DNA of 57,799 nt from an uncultured virus (IMG/VR IMGVR_UViG_3300046170_000408) (lineage: Duplodnaviria > Heunggongvirae > Uroviricota > Caudoviricetes). Below, piece by piece: positions 39,901-50,648 of this stretch (its first letter is position 1; every line of letters starts with the position of its first letter). The notes below the pieces were generated by a model. That model worked only from the letters and a program-made list of their open reading frames with translations. It was not told the DNA's origin and did no database searches. The stretch lies in the IMG/VR virus record IMGVR_UViG_3300046170_000408. One strand, written 5' to 3'. The translations under genes were made by a program, and so were the position numbers.

Positions 39901-40631
39901 GTTAATCTATCTAAAGTATATAATTTGATAGCCTGTTTTACAGTAATACCATCTTCTAAAACTTCTCTTTGAGAATTTGAAATTGATAGGACATCAAACT
40001 TGCCAGTATATTGTGTAGTTCTATAAGGCATATCTCTTAACTCTTCGTCAAGTGTATATGCAATGTTGTTATTGACAATATCTCTAATAGCAGTTAAGTA
40101 ATCAATATTATCTTGGTCTCTATAATTTTCATTAAAGAAGTCTACTGCTACTTGATTTGTACCATCAAATAAAATTCTTTTTACTAAAACCCTTTCTGTA
40201 TCATTTGGAATTTGACCACTAACATCTATCGTTGTGGCTAACATTGGGTTTAAGAAATCTTCTGCAAAATAATTAGGCTTTGAAATAAAAGCAGTCGGTC
40301 TAGCTAAAGACGTAATATCATTTGCTGGAGTTTTTAATGAAGTAGTAATAATACTTTGAAAAGTACCATCTGGTAATTTTACTCTAGTCGAACCTTTACC
40401 TAAACCTGCTAGAGCTTTTAGATTATTATCTAATCTCTCAAGTTCTCTTTTCATATAGCCGAATCCAGGTACAGATACTATTTTAGTACCCTCGTCAGTT
40501 AGAATTTCTAACGGGATGTCTTTCGCATTAGTAGTTACTGCTTCATTAATACGCTCAAACGTCTTTAGCGAGTTAGTATTAATCTCTAGCAGTTTCTTTA
40601 GAGAGTTAGATATAGAGTTGTTCGTGTTCAT
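36951..40631 (-). CDS. Large structural protein with central coiled coils
   Basis: 1226-aa ORF in the baseplate block. Confidence 0.6.
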   Translation of the reverse strand: MNTNNSISNSLKKLLEINTNSLKTFERINEAVTTNAKDIPLEILTDEGTKIVSVPGFGYMKRELERLDNNLKALAGLGKGSTRVKLPDGTFQSIITTSLKTPANDITSLARPTAFISKPNYFAEDFLNPMLATTIDVSGQIPNDTERVLVKRILFDGTNQVAVDFFNENYRDQDNIDYLTAIRDIVNNNIAYTLDEELRDMPYRTTQYTGKFDVLSISNSQREVLEDGITVKQAIKLYTLDRLTYSDNDKDLDETELLRVGDQLMVTGGSKNTRYRITKLDASTRQAELTLIEGYEAIKIGAGTLSIYKVEDNNLDLEIPVGFDERVLCFVKALDPESKILAESWSPGIGFYSNDLEILEEDGSITLLSDYYKANVADFGKLIMSIKEDNIPPATVGVTPDAPTLNASNFKVVQINKHLTDNDSADKIKKLSADKAKVLEAVKKLDDTISKKRSEIATKKYESKIQKDKDKNELNALIEERVSESKLYNSIVTQIQALSSSSNATKIAPKYRIRGFWAVPSAKQVADTLDQNVVQFIIQYRYLSTSGKAAEAAQLKFTDESREKQAIFSNWNEKKSKVRKRAKSIDNNGNIASKFTWQETKIEDGQEINFNQLDIAINQGELVEIRIKSVSEAGYPANPILSDWSEPVTVSFPEEEVDTTDVAAVVEVNTAELAKVEIVEELTAQGVYTHVEDAFTANENYYAHVATNIASGFLSPEQKPISVYDKIAELEAQIAGLKGTVEAEVGELVVKIVAEDGTVTNIVKDTTTQLFAGYYVDEVADLTIRKGHIVTKTFKLQLENSKATKLELVSRLVGDRTKPAYKSVKPGSPEHDNGFGIKENDQSGEAIDNKVIRDNYYQEEGNYDLVPVQYQNIPNNTSSGAGAGEGTYDNTWDAPYQSMQRRGQFIYSRYMDIANQNPHYIVSPLNPEANISIKDYEYDLSIPDTNTPWTATNSANDFIWAGSFSNYTDSWNADKINTTSTSTITLSEYNTGLFVHKDHPLLENLWDSVQESGANSVDLSNLKKSMIFSMTKTSIQATGGTLFSIFGYDLNTTQVTAKQQTAFHSGDGLFDTALNDAQIAAGNGPIVRPIKMSFDASDQYLLGGRSCGAYLFMSPVNLDSLKVSGETKRSAKEIRAKKDNESNAVSVDVVFQYRMTDYFGNNESIDTGRIGGFGRLAYNNLTYTKKIGLDIFDKYGEQFSFDLEVFAKYGPKGKNLNSIKAARLLR

Positions 40632-40632
40632 A

Positions 40633-42573
40633 TTATCTTAAAATATCTACTTCAAATACATAATTGACCGGATCGATACAAACGATTTCAAAGTAAGGTT
40701 TATTTGTTAATAGCTGTGATGGAGCAATAGTTGTAATAGTAGTATTAAACCCACCAGACTTATTAGTTAGTATGTTAATATTATTACCATCTACATCTAT
40801 CGTATCAATAGCTACTTTGAAAACTTGACCCTTCTTCCAACCTGTTGTTGAATCATCAATGTATATATTTAGGTTACTATTTAGCACCTCTTGGTTTAAC
40901 AAGTTATTTAAACTTAATCTATTTGAATATGCGTTTAGTTTGGCCCAAACACCATATTGGTTTGCTAATGAGTTATCAAATGGAGTAGTTGGGGTTAATG
41001 CGCCAGTCGTAATCTGTGATGCAATATCCCATTGATATACATCAGATACAGCGTAACCATCTACATCATTATTAACTTTAATTTTACCTGCAATAGATTT
41101 ATCAACTGTAGTACCTCTACCTGAGAAGATTACATCTGTATTATATTGTAATTCTACTGGGATAGTACCATCTACCAATTGATTAATTTTTGTGTGAGCA
41201 TTATTAATTAATGCTAGTAATGCATTTGAATCTTGTAACTGTAATGAAGATGCTGTAAAATCATCTTCTAACTCTTGAATTCTAGACTCAAGTGCCGCAG
41301 CTCTAGCAGTACCTAAGATTACGTTTTCTAAAGAGTCTAATCTTTCTACAATTTTATTATATCTATTATTAGCTTGTAGTAATAGATCTGTCGCATTCTC
41401 TAACGCTGTAGTAGTGTCCATGAAAAGGTCCATGGAGAAAGTAGTAAAGTCATTTATACTTGTCTCAACACCTACGTTATCTAGCGATGAATTAAATTTA
41501 AGATTTAATTTTAAAGAATATGCATTACCATTTAAGCCTGTAACTTCATTAGGCTTAAATTTAATTTGCTCGTGAATTTTTGTACCCGGTCCGTAAGCAT
41601 CTAAAATATCATCTAAGATTAGAATTCCGTACAGGTTTGTAGCTCTATTTGCTGGTACAGAAGAGCTATATAAATCATAATAAACTAAAACAGCATTAAA
41701 CTTAAACTGTTGTCCAGTTTTTGCATAGTCTAATAAAGACTCTACGTCTGGATTATTTTGAATTGTTTCATAAGAAGCAGTTTCCCAATCAATTTGTACC
41801 GAATCAGTAGCATTTGTTTGAATGTCATAGTATGGTCCTGAGTTTAGGGTCCATTGATCTACTACAGGTTCTAAATTAATATTAGGATCTGGATGTGTTT
41901 GACCTTCTCTACCTTCAACATTTACTGCGTTAACATCAGTTGGATAGAGTTTAGTTGCAGATGTATTATAGTCTGTAGGCTTAAACAATACTAGAGGTGT
42001 ATTACCTACCGCTGTCGGTACGTTAATATAAACTTCATGGTAAGTATTGCCTTGATAAGCTACGTCGTTCTCAGCGTCAATATGACCTAAGTATTTAACT
42101 ACTTTATCGTAGTTCGAGCCGCCTAAAATAGAATTATTATTTTCAGCGTATGCTCCTGTTGAACTCTCATTAGAATCAGTTGGTCTAAAATCTACAGCAC
42201 CTAATGCTGATAACCACTTAAAGAAAATCTTTTCTGCATCGGATTGCAGAATAATTGGGTCATAGTCATCATCCTTTAGAAGTATCTCTTCTAAATTTAA
42301 TGCGTAATTTTGGAATGTTTGAGCGAAATCCACATTGGGCTGAGTTGCATTATATGCTTGACCAGAGGGTTGCTTTAAGTTTACCTCAAAGTCAATAGCG
42401 TTAGCTCCGTCAACAGATTGCGTAAAATCAGGTAGATCTAGTAAAGCGAATTTACTAAATTCAAAATTGATGTCAGCACTGTTAAAGGCTCTAGTAATAT
42501 CTCTCGCCGAAGAAGCGAAAGCATACATTGTGCCACCTTGCGGCTGTGGTATTCTTACTAATGGAGTTGCCAT
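40633..42573 (-). CDS. Putative baseplate/tail structural protein
   Basis: 646-aa ORF with a coiled-coil segment; tightly packed operon. Confidence 0.55.
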   Translation of the reverse strand: MATPLVRIPQPQGGTMYAFASSARDITRAFNSADINFEFSKFALLDLPDFTQSVDGANAIDFEVNLKQPSGQAYNATQPNVDFAQTFQNYALNLEEILLKDDDYDPIILQSDAEKIFFKWLSALGAVDFRPTDSNESSTGAYAENNNSILGGSNYDKVVKYLGHIDAENDVAYQGNTYHEVYINVPTAVGNTPLVLFKPTDYNTSATKLYPTDVNAVNVEGREGQTHPDPNINLEPVVDQWTLNSGPYYDIQTNATDSVQIDWETASYETIQNNPDVESLLDYAKTGQQFKFNAVLVYYDLYSSSVPANRATNLYGILILDDILDAYGPGTKIHEQIKFKPNEVTGLNGNAYSLKLNLKFNSSLDNVGVETSINDFTTFSMDLFMDTTTALENATDLLLQANNRYNKIVERLDSLENVILGTARAAALESRIQELEDDFTASSLQLQDSNALLALINNAHTKINQLVDGTIPVELQYNTDVIFSGRGTTVDKSIAGKIKVNNDVDGYAVSDVYQWDIASQITTGALTPTTPFDNSLANQYGVWAKLNAYSNRLSLNNLLNQEVLNSNLNIYIDDSTTGWKKGQVFKVAIDTIDVDGNNINILTNKSGGFNTTITTIAPSQLLTNKPYFEIVCIDPVNYVFEVDILR

Positions 42574-42593
42574 CTACAGTTTCGGTTTAATTT

Positions 42594-43163
42594 TTATTGT
42601 ACAGTTACTTTATGTGAACCTACCACATACCAAACTGTGTTAAAACATCTCAGTGTTATCGTCGAGTTAAGACCATCTAAGCTAATTGAAGTAGCAGCAG
42701 CTAGCGCAGCACCTTGTCCCGTGTTTGCTTTAACTTCAACTGCTGAATTTGCTACATTAATTAGAGTAACTTCTTGCCCGTCATCTCCAACTGGAAGCGT
42801 AAATTCCCCGTCAATAAAGTAGTTAGACTTATCTAAGTTACTTGGTGCTGTATTGGTTGTTGCTACTGCAGCAGTTCCAACTACACCTGACTTAATAAGT
42901 TTACCACCTAAATTAACATTCTGCATTGTAGCTGCTGTGCCAAATGTTGCACCTGCAGAACTAACAGAAAGTAAAGCTGAGCCGTCTACTACGTTAAGCT
43001 GTTGTGTTGTTGCTGAAGATAAACCACTTAATACACCAGTAGTAGGGTTTATTAAAGCTACAACTGAAGCTAACTCGTCGTTTAATAACTCAAAGTTACT
43101 GTTGATAACTGGTCTCGATGATGATACCGAATCTGTACCTAAAATTTCAGTAATGTTTGCCAT
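42594..43163 (-). CDS. Putative short fibre/baseplate-attached protein
   Basis: N-terminus 'ITEILGTDSVSSSRPVINSNFELL' parallels that of 26191..28362 ('IQEILHPSDSSQIKWEKVNYNFDQI'). Confidence 0.6.
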   Translation of the reverse strand: MANITEILGTDSVSSSRPVINSNFELLNDELASVVALINPTTGVLSGLSSATTQQLNVVDGSALLSVSSAGATFGTAATMQNVNLGGKLIKSGVVGTAAVATTNTAPSNLDKSNYFIDGEFTLPVGDDGQEVTLINVANSAVEVKANTGQGAALAAATSISLDGLNSTITLRCFNTVWYVVGSHKVTVQ

Positions 43164-43170
43164 TTTATAT

Positions 43171-45949
43171 TTATTTTACTTTTAACATGTTGCGTTTTAC
43201 AACGTTCTTATTTCCATACGTGTCTTCAGCTTCCAGTTCAATCGAGTAGTTACCCGGCTCTTGGAAGATGTATGTAAGCCACATATTATTATAGTATATA
43301 TCATTGATTTCTGGGTTAGTTATATTAGTGATAGTCCATTTTGGATTTCTAGCACCTGGAAACTTAGAAATATCAGTTGATATAGTGATATGGGTAGATC
43401 TTTCAACTTCTGCCCAATTTTTAAATACTTTTAAATTATCCCACGAAGGATTATATGCCACAGAGTGTACAAAGCCATCTGCGGGCGCATTGACTGTAGA
43501 CGCAGTGTCTTTAATAATCTCTACTTTTTCAAAATCATAGTTCTTAGAATACTCTTGACCTGAACATAAAAGGAAGTAGAATTTATCAAAATTATCAATA
43601 TCACTATCATTATCTTCATCTAAGAAAATAGGGTTATAGTTAAATTTAGCGATAATAGGATCTGTACTAGCCTCTAATTCATTTGCAATAGTTTCCCATC
43701 TAGTAATATCATTAGCACTTAAAGGAGACTCAGATAAAATCTTATGCTCTCCCTACTATTACTTCTTTTGTTGATGGATTTCTATGTGTAATTTTTAGAA
43801 TATCACCCTGTTCAATCCAGTTAATCTTAAAAGATGCTGTTAAATCTGGGCCAACTCTCATGTTATCCCACCAGTTATGAACTGTATCTTTCCATCTAAA
43901 TTCACATTCATCCCATTGGTATGGTCCAGTAGTTTCTGAATATCCAGTATCTGAGAATGGATCGACAAACCTTCTTACCATTGAGAATCTTACACCTTGG
44001 TCTTCTTCTCTATGTAAATAATTTGCTCTATCTAAAGTTTGATAGAATGTTGCAATGTTATCATCAATCTTTGCAGTGTTATCTTGTGCAAAATTCCAAT
44101 ATCCACCTGATTTATCCCAGTCTAAAGATTTAGAATCCCATGTTGCAATTCTATCTTTACTATCTACCTCTAACCATTTATAGATACCATATAATTCTAA
44201 CTCTTTTAATTTAACCTCAAATAGATCGTCTTTCTTATAGTAAGACATGTGGCCAAATAGATCATAAATTCTTAATTCTATAGTATAAGCTCCGACATAA
44301 GGTAAATTAACAGGTAATCTTTTATAGTCATCAACTGGACCTCTATATTCTTGGTGCCATCCCTGTGGTCCATCAATAATCCATTCAACTTCATATACCC
44401 ATCTTTTCCACCAATCGTTCCATGTTACTTTTAGATTTTCATTTGCATCAACTGCATCATCCCAAACAAAATTAGCCTCGTCCCAAACATCATCCCAAGA
44501 CTCCATAGAATCTAAAATAACTGGACAGCCTATTGGAATTTTAGTTGAAGAAAAATTAGAGTTCCATGAATTCATTTCCCTATCATGATAAGTCTCGTAG
44601 AATTTTTCATAGACTGATTTTAACTCTGTTCTTTGAGCTACAGTCATGGTAGACTCTTCACCAATAGCTAAATTTAAAAATGTATTATAGTTATTAGTAA
44701 GATCATCTTGATCTAGGCTTGGTTTTAAAACCATCGATGTATCTTCAATAAAAAGATCTCTATCTTTTGGAAATACATCAAACTTTACTCTATGTCCCTC
44801 TGTAAAAAAGCCAATTGGATTTTGAATCTTCCAAATATTTAAGTTCTTCTGAGAGAAATAGTCGCCTTCTCCTGTAATATCTACGATTTTAGCTTCAAGG
44901 GGTAAAAAATCTCTTTGTAATCTATTCTTTAAACCGTATAATTTAATTAGGACTTCATCTGGAGTATAATCAAATACCTCATCAACATTTGCAATATCCC
45001 ATTGATCGAAAGTTCCATTAGGCTCATTTAATCTATAGACTAAAGAAAATCTACTAGTTTTCTTTTGAGTTGAAGAAGGCATCTTAAATTTCAAACGCTT
45101 TCTTATTCTCTCTCCTCTTACCGATGAGTTAGGTACGGGAATTGCATGTAACTTACCGAAAGTCTTCGAGTCTTTATCTACATTAATCCAATACTCTTTA
45201 AGTGTAATCTTATCATAACCGAAAAAGTCAATTGCATTTAGAATAGCTTTATACGTACCAACAAATGGCTTAATATTATTTAGCTCTAATAGTAATTCTT
45301 TTCTCTTTTGATTTAGAAGTTGGTAATCAGGATGCATCTCTGAAATATCATGAGACTTAAATAACATAAAGTCTTCTTCCTCTAAAGACGCACCTAAGTT
45401 AGCTAATAATACTTTTAATCTAGGATCTTCTGCTTCAACTTCACCATAAAATTCAATTCTTGCAACCACGACCTCACCGGCTTTAACTTGCAATACTCTC
45501 TTGTGAATACCTTCATGTTCTGAAGAAACAGCTATGTTAACCTGTAAAGCACTATTTAATTGTGTATTAATACTTTTTAGATAATTACTATCTTGTGAAT
45601 CAATTGTATCAAAAGGTGCTAACGTTAATGATTGGTTTTTTAATTCCTTTACATAGGCCTTACCACCATCCATGCGCATACCATACATTATTACATCTTT
45701 AGATTGGTCAGACTCTATAGCTTCCCAACTAAAATCTAATGTAGTAATTATATTATCTGGAGAGACTGGTTTATTAATAACTAAATCGCCATTTAATAAA
45801 CACTCTTCTAGAACAAATAGGTTTACTGTTTCGTATAAGTTTGCAGATACTTCTGGCATATAGACTTTACCAGTCCAAATACCATCCGCATCCTGAATTA
45901 ACTGGATTTCAGAATCAGTACCATTAAAGAATCTTAAATTATTCCACAT
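43171..45949 (-). CDS. Baseplate wedge-like protein with PKD-like domains (925 aa after removing one base near 43752)
   Basis: 'FVGTYKAILNAIDFFGY' (gp7/P2 gpI-like); 'GAYTIELRIYD' and 'PGNYSIELEAED'; the +1 frame from 43752 reads open into ORF 43171..43461. Confidence 0.65.
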
Positions 45950-45950
45950 A

Positions 45951-46220
45951 TTATCTAGTTCTGTCGTCGTCTTTTTCTACCGTAAAGTTCTTGTAATTTC
46001 TTAAGTATCTAACCTGTCGTAAAACATTAGTCATCATATCATCAATAAATCCTAAGAACTCTCTCATTACTTGGTTTCTTTGAATAAACCTAGATAGCTG
46101 ATTTTTAAGCAGACCATTTTTATCATAGTCATATCTTATATTCTTTAGATCATCTCTTCTATGCTTAGCTATCTTATATAGCCTCTTACGCTTGTATGCT
46201 CTTATATTATTAAATAACAT
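45951..46220 (-). CDS. Small basic hypothetical protein in the baseplate operon
   Basis: 89 aa; TAATG coupling with the upstream gene. Confidence 0.65.
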   Translation of the reverse strand: MLFNNIRAYKRKRLYKIAKHRRDDLKNIRYDYDKNGLLKNQLSRFIQRNQVMREFLGFIDDMMTNVLRQVRYLRNYKNFTVEKDDDRTR

Positions 46221-48049
46221 TATTTCAAGGCTTTTCTATTTCCAGCCTGTACTCTAGTGTATATTGTTCTAGGTACCGGCGCATCATCAAAGTTTATACT
46301 AAGTGCTGCTTCAGCATTTATCAACGCGTCGTCTACGATTTCATCACCATCACGATCTAGCCATCCGCCTCTAAAGACAGCAACTTCTTCGTGTTCCATA
46401 ATGATGTCACCCCATTCGTCTAAGCCTGCAACTGTATAAGGAATCTGGGTAGTAGCATCTACATCCACGGTCTTAACTTCCTCTATACGCTTAAAGAAAA
46501 CATATTTTTGTTTGCCGTTACCAATTTCTTCTAGAATTACAGGTTCTTGTGGTACAACTGTAACAGTTTTAGACTCATAATAGCCTAACCTTCTTGCGGT
46601 CTCTTCTGTTTCAGATATAAATCTCACATTAACTGCATCAATACCATCAATCTCCTCTAAGATATAGACAATATCGGATTTAGGTAATTTATCTCTTCTT
46701 GTTACATTTAACATGTAATCACTAACTCTAGCTCTTACTTCATTAAAAATTTCTTGTTTTGTATAGCCTTCAAAATACCTAATATTAATATCCATGCTGT
46801 ATTTTCTGATCTTAGGTTTTACAAATATAACTTCTGTTGTCACCATTTGTTGACCACTATCTTGAATCACTTGCGACATTTTGTCGTACTCATTTTGATC
46901 GAAGAACATTTCATTTAAAGGAATTGAGAAGTAGTCTTGATCTGCTAATAATTTTCTCTTAGCATCTGGAATTGCAAAAATATAGATAACATTATCATCA
47001 TCTAAATATTGATCCGATGTGGTATTGTATGCATCCACATACGAGAACATACCATATCTTGATAGGAAATACTCGTAATTGTCCGGAGTTGCTAAGACGT
47101 AAGATTTAGAAGCGAGAGGGGCCATTAATTTAGTAAACTCAGTGTCCTCTGCATCAGCTCCCATTTTAGGAGATGAAGTAACATTAACTTCTAGATATTC
47201 GTTTAAGTCAAATGCAGTTCCATTTGAATCAGTTCCTTCTGAAGTCCACTGGAATTGTAGATCTTGTCCATCAGCTAAATTACCTAAAGCACCTTTATGC
47301 TTTACATATTCTACCATAATATCAGAACCTGCTGGAGGTATTGCACCGAAATTACCAGTACCAAAGTAAATATCTAGGCCTCCAGAAACTCCAGTCTTAA
47401 TAATATATGCTGGTTCCTCGTTTAGCATATCATAGACTGATTCGTGCTTTGTCCATTTTTGCCCGTTAACAGAAACACTAACTTTAGAATGATCTGTCAA
47501 AGAGGCTATCTTAACGTTATATGATTGCATCTTTTCTCCAGTTCCAGTAAAGGTTTGTTTTTCAAACTTACCCTGAATAATAGCAACCTTAGTTTTATTC
47601 TTATTAGATTTTTCTAATCTATATTTTTCTTGTGAAGATAATATTGTATAAGTTAATCCATTTAATTGACATGTTAACTCAGATCTTGCATCTACATTTA
47701 AACCACTACCAGCAATCATACCTAGATCTGCACCAACCTTCCATCTAAATTCTATTTCACCAGTTGCTGCAAACCCTCTTGTTGCATCATGGCCAGTTAA
47801 TCTTGCCATACCATATATAGACTCTGGTTGCTGAGCTGTGTAAATATTTTGTTCTACTAATGAGTCTTCAATATAGAACATAATTAATTCAGTAATCTCA
47901 GAAACTACATTTACTACTTGAGCAAAAGGAGAAGCATCGGTAAATAACGTCCCGGATCTCTTGTATACCCTAGCGATATATGTACGCGCATCTGCCTGAA
48001 TTTGACTTGCTCGTGTTCTTAGTGTATTTAAAAATTTTAATTCCGCCAT
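46220..48049 (-). CDS. Baseplate wedge protein (T4 gp6 / baseplate J-like)
   Basis: 'AQQPESIYGMARLTG', 'IYFGTGNFGAIP', 'MGADAE', 'LATPDNYE'. Confidence 0.85.
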   Translation of the reverse strand: MAELKFLNTLRTRASQIQADARTYIARVYKRSGTLFTDASPFAQVVNVVSEITELIMFYIEDSLVEQNIYTAQQPESIYGMARLTGHDATRGFAATGEIEFRWKVGADLGMIAGSGLNVDARSELTCQLNGLTYTILSSQEKYRLEKSNKNKTKVAIIQGKFEKQTFTGTGEKMQSYNVKIASLTDHSKVSVSVNGQKWTKHESVYDMLNEEPAYIIKTGVSGGLDIYFGTGNFGAIPPAGSDIMVEYVKHKGALGNLADGQDLQFQWTSEGTDSNGTAFDLNEYLEVNVTSSPKMGADAEDTEFTKLMAPLASKSYVLATPDNYEYFLSRYGMFSYVDAYNTTSDQYLDDDNVIYIFAIPDAKRKLLADQDYFSIPLNEMFFDQNEYDKMSQVIQDSGQQMVTTEVIFVKPKIRKYSMDINIRYFEGYTKQEIFNEVRARVSDYMLNVTRRDKLPKSDIVYILEEIDGIDAVNVRFISETEETARRLGYYESKTVTVVPQEPVILEEIGNGKQKYVFFKRIEEVKTVDVDATTQIPYTVAGLDEWGDIIMEHEEVAVFRGGWLDRDGDEIVDDALINAEAALSINFDDAPVPRTIYTRVQAGNRKALK

Positions 48050-48056
48050 TAGTTAT

Positions 48057-48413
48057 TTATCTTAAATTTACTTGGATTTGATATTCATTATTAACTGTAA
48101 TATCCACATAACAAATATCTCTTACCTCACCTTTATAGAAAGTCACTTCAACGTCAGTTGAATAGTCTCTAGATAGAGGGCAATAGTTATCCAATTGGTT
48201 TACTATCTCATTTTTGATTTGCCATTCATTTTGATTTAAACTATAAACCAAATCCTCTAAATTACAACCAAAATCAGGATTACCTAGTACATCTTGCTTT
48301 CTTGTAAATAATACAGTCTCAATTTGAGCTATTAACTGATGAACTTCAGTAGAATTCTGAAGAACTCCTGCTCTATAGTTAGGGTCACCTATGTATTTAA
48401 TGTAAAAATCCAT
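48057..48413 (-). CDS. Baseplate protein gp25-like
   Basis: 'VLFTRKQDVLGNPDFGCNLEDL'. Confidence 0.85.
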   Translation of the reverse strand: MDFYIKYIGDPNYRAGVLQNSTEVHQLIAQIETVLFTRKQDVLGNPDFGCNLEDLVYSLNQNEWQIKNEIVNQLDNYCPLSRDYSTDVEVTFYKGEVRDICYVDITVNNEYQIQVNLR

Positions 48414-48433
48414 TTATATATGTATTCGGCTCA

Positions 48434-49276
48434 TTATGAGTGGAACATCCAGTCCACGCCTTCATCGCCCTTAATTTCTTCAATAATCGACTCTAATTCG
48501 GTGTCTCCCATGTCTTTTATTGCGTCATAATCAAATTCTACATTACCAGGTAATGCAAATTTAAAGATACCAAGTTTGGCACCTAAGGATTGCTTAATCT
48601 TAGCAGAACAATATCTAAAGAAGATCTCATCTTCATAGATAGCACAATCAGGTAGAGTTTCATAAACTTGTAAAATAACATCTTGCTTAGGAGTATCTCC
48701 TAATATCTTTAACTCTCCTGTTAATCTCGAGTACTGAAATGAAATAGGATTTTCTAATATCTGCCTAGATAAATCAGCCATCGATGCATTTAATACGTAA
48801 TATTGTAATTCTTCGGCTGCTTCAGCTGGACCAGATCCATCATACATACCTCTGAATAACATTTTTTCTAGTGCGAAATCACCACCACCTTGGAATCTAA
48901 CATCAAGGCCTTGACCTGTTCCATTAAAACCACTTCCTAAATCGTGAACACCAAATACTGAAAATACTGCACCAGATCCATCTGAACTTGCGTTAGGTAA
49001 GTTTAAAGATCTGTGATTTTTAAAGTATGTAGAACTAAATACCGAAGAAGGTATATGATAATAGTTTTCTCTTACAGCATCTTCATAGTTTTTATAGAAC
49101 CATTTTTTGGCTCTTTTAACTATGTTCATAATTTCTCTTTGAGGTAGGTTAACAGGAACCATACATGCACCAGTTAAATCATCTCCTAATTCTTGTAAAA
49201 AAGCATTAAGACAATTATCACCAAAACTTCTTTCGGTGTTTAGGTTGGTTTCGTTACCTGATCTAATTTCACTCAT
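48434..49276 (-). CDS. Neck/head-tail adaptor protein (T4 gp13-like)
   Basis: 'VKRAKKWFY'; 'AKIKQSLG..LG.F...LPGNVEFD...IKDMG..EL'. Confidence 0.75.
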   Translation of the reverse strand: MSEIRSGNETNLNTERSFGDNCLNAFLQELGDDLTGACMVPVNLPQREIMNIVKRAKKWFYKNYEDAVRENYYHIPSSVFSSTYFKNHRSLNLPNASSDGSGAVFSVFGVHDLGSGFNGTGQGLDVRFQGGGDFALEKMLFRGMYDGSGPAEAAEELQYYVLNASMADLSRQILENPISFQYSRLTGELKILGDTPKQDVILQVYETLPDCAIYEDEIFFRYCSAKIKQSLGAKLGIFKFALPGNVEFDYDAIKDMGDTELESIIEEIKGDEGVDWMFHS

Positions 49277-49277
49277 T

Positions 49278-50592
49278 TTAATTTTCTATTTTTGTGCTTA
49301 CCACTATTTCAGTATTTTTATCAAATCTAGCATGTTTACCAATACCACCTTCTCTAAAAATACCACCATTCATTTTACCTTTAAAGATTCCGTCCCTACC
49401 AAAAACATAACAGTTGGTGAGGTCGCAACTTCCGTGTACGTAGCTAGACTCTACTTTAGAATCTAAAACTTCACAGCCTTTATATAATTGAGACCTTAAG
49501 ATTTGAGCACCTTTTACTTTGCCTCCAAATATAGAGCTGTTTTCAATATTACCAGATAATTCACAATCTACAAATTCAAAGCCGTCTAAAAGATATGCAG
49601 CACCAAACTTACCATTCTTAACTTGTACCGAAGAATAATCAGAATCATAATTAATAATCCCCTCTTCTAACGAGCCATTTGATAAAAGATCTAGTACCTT
49701 TTTCTTAAATCTTTGCCATTGAACTTCAATAACTTGCGGATTATCTTGTAAATCCACTAATATATTTATCTTCGGCCAATATTTATTTACTGCTTTATAG
49801 TCTTTTAGCATTTCAGTTAAAGGTTCATTCTTTTTAAGAATTCTCTTTAATTCAATTTTATTTGCAGGCGAAAATCTAGGATTATGACAAGATTTCCAAA
49901 TAGACATAATAAAGCTATCAGCTAAATGTAAAATATCTTCAGTTCTTTTTTCATAATCTTTACCACCAATATATCTAAATTCTAGGTAGTTTTGTAGTGC
50001 CTTTTCAAAGTTAATCCCATAGTATTTTGTATTAGCAAATGTAAAATTATCTTTGTTAATCATATCCTCATTATAGTAGAATGCTTCATGCTTTGGCATA
50101 ATCCATTTAATAGACTTTGCGTAAGTTGAATTTTCTCTATTAGGGAAATACTTATAGACTCTTGCTTCATCAAACTCGAGAATAAACTTCATCACATTCA
50201 TGTGTTGAATCATATTTTTATCCTCTAAGTAATCTGGGTTGAAAGACATATTAAGATGGATTGACGCTCTATCTGACGTATAGCCATTTTCACGAATCCA
50301 TCCTAACATTTTCATGATAACCTAGCCTAGCACTTCTATACGGCATAGGACCAGTTACTAATTCAATAAGACCGGCACCACCCGACATATCGGGTTCCAT
50401 CTTAAATACATCTGCTGATGGTTGAAAATCTGAATGAGCCTTATCTTCTAGTTTAATCTTTCTACCTAGAATTTCAGATACAGACTTATGTGTCTCATCT
50501 AATTCTAAGTTAGAATAGAATTCAAACTCGATGCCCATTTGACTGGCATTCAGAACTTCTGCGCGGTGAGCATTACTTTTTAACTTTTGCAT
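49278..50592 (-). CDS. Putative amidoligase (COOH-NH2 ligase type 2) with C-terminal beta-helix-like repeats (437 aa after removing one base near 50321)
   Basis: 'GIEFEF', 'EPDMS', 'ELVTGP', 'SIHLNMS', 'KYYGINF', 'LEFRYIG'; ORFs join as ...RSARL|VIMKMLGW. Confidence 0.8.
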
Positions 50593-50620
50593 TAATCGAG
50601 AGTATGATATTACTTTTCAA

Positions 50621-50628
50621 TATATATC
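50621..50628 (-). promoter_or_regulatory. Putative late promoter GATATATA
   Basis: Intergenic, upstream of the amidoligase/neck operon. Confidence 0.6.
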
Positions 50629-50648
50629 AAACTCTGTGGCAATAGTTA

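Noticed and set aside
28367..50592. Stop-codon reassignment (alternative genetic code) as the cause of split genes
   Set aside because: Every split needs a frame change rather than read-through; TAA, TAG and TGA all end genes normally, and very long ORFs are intact in code 11.
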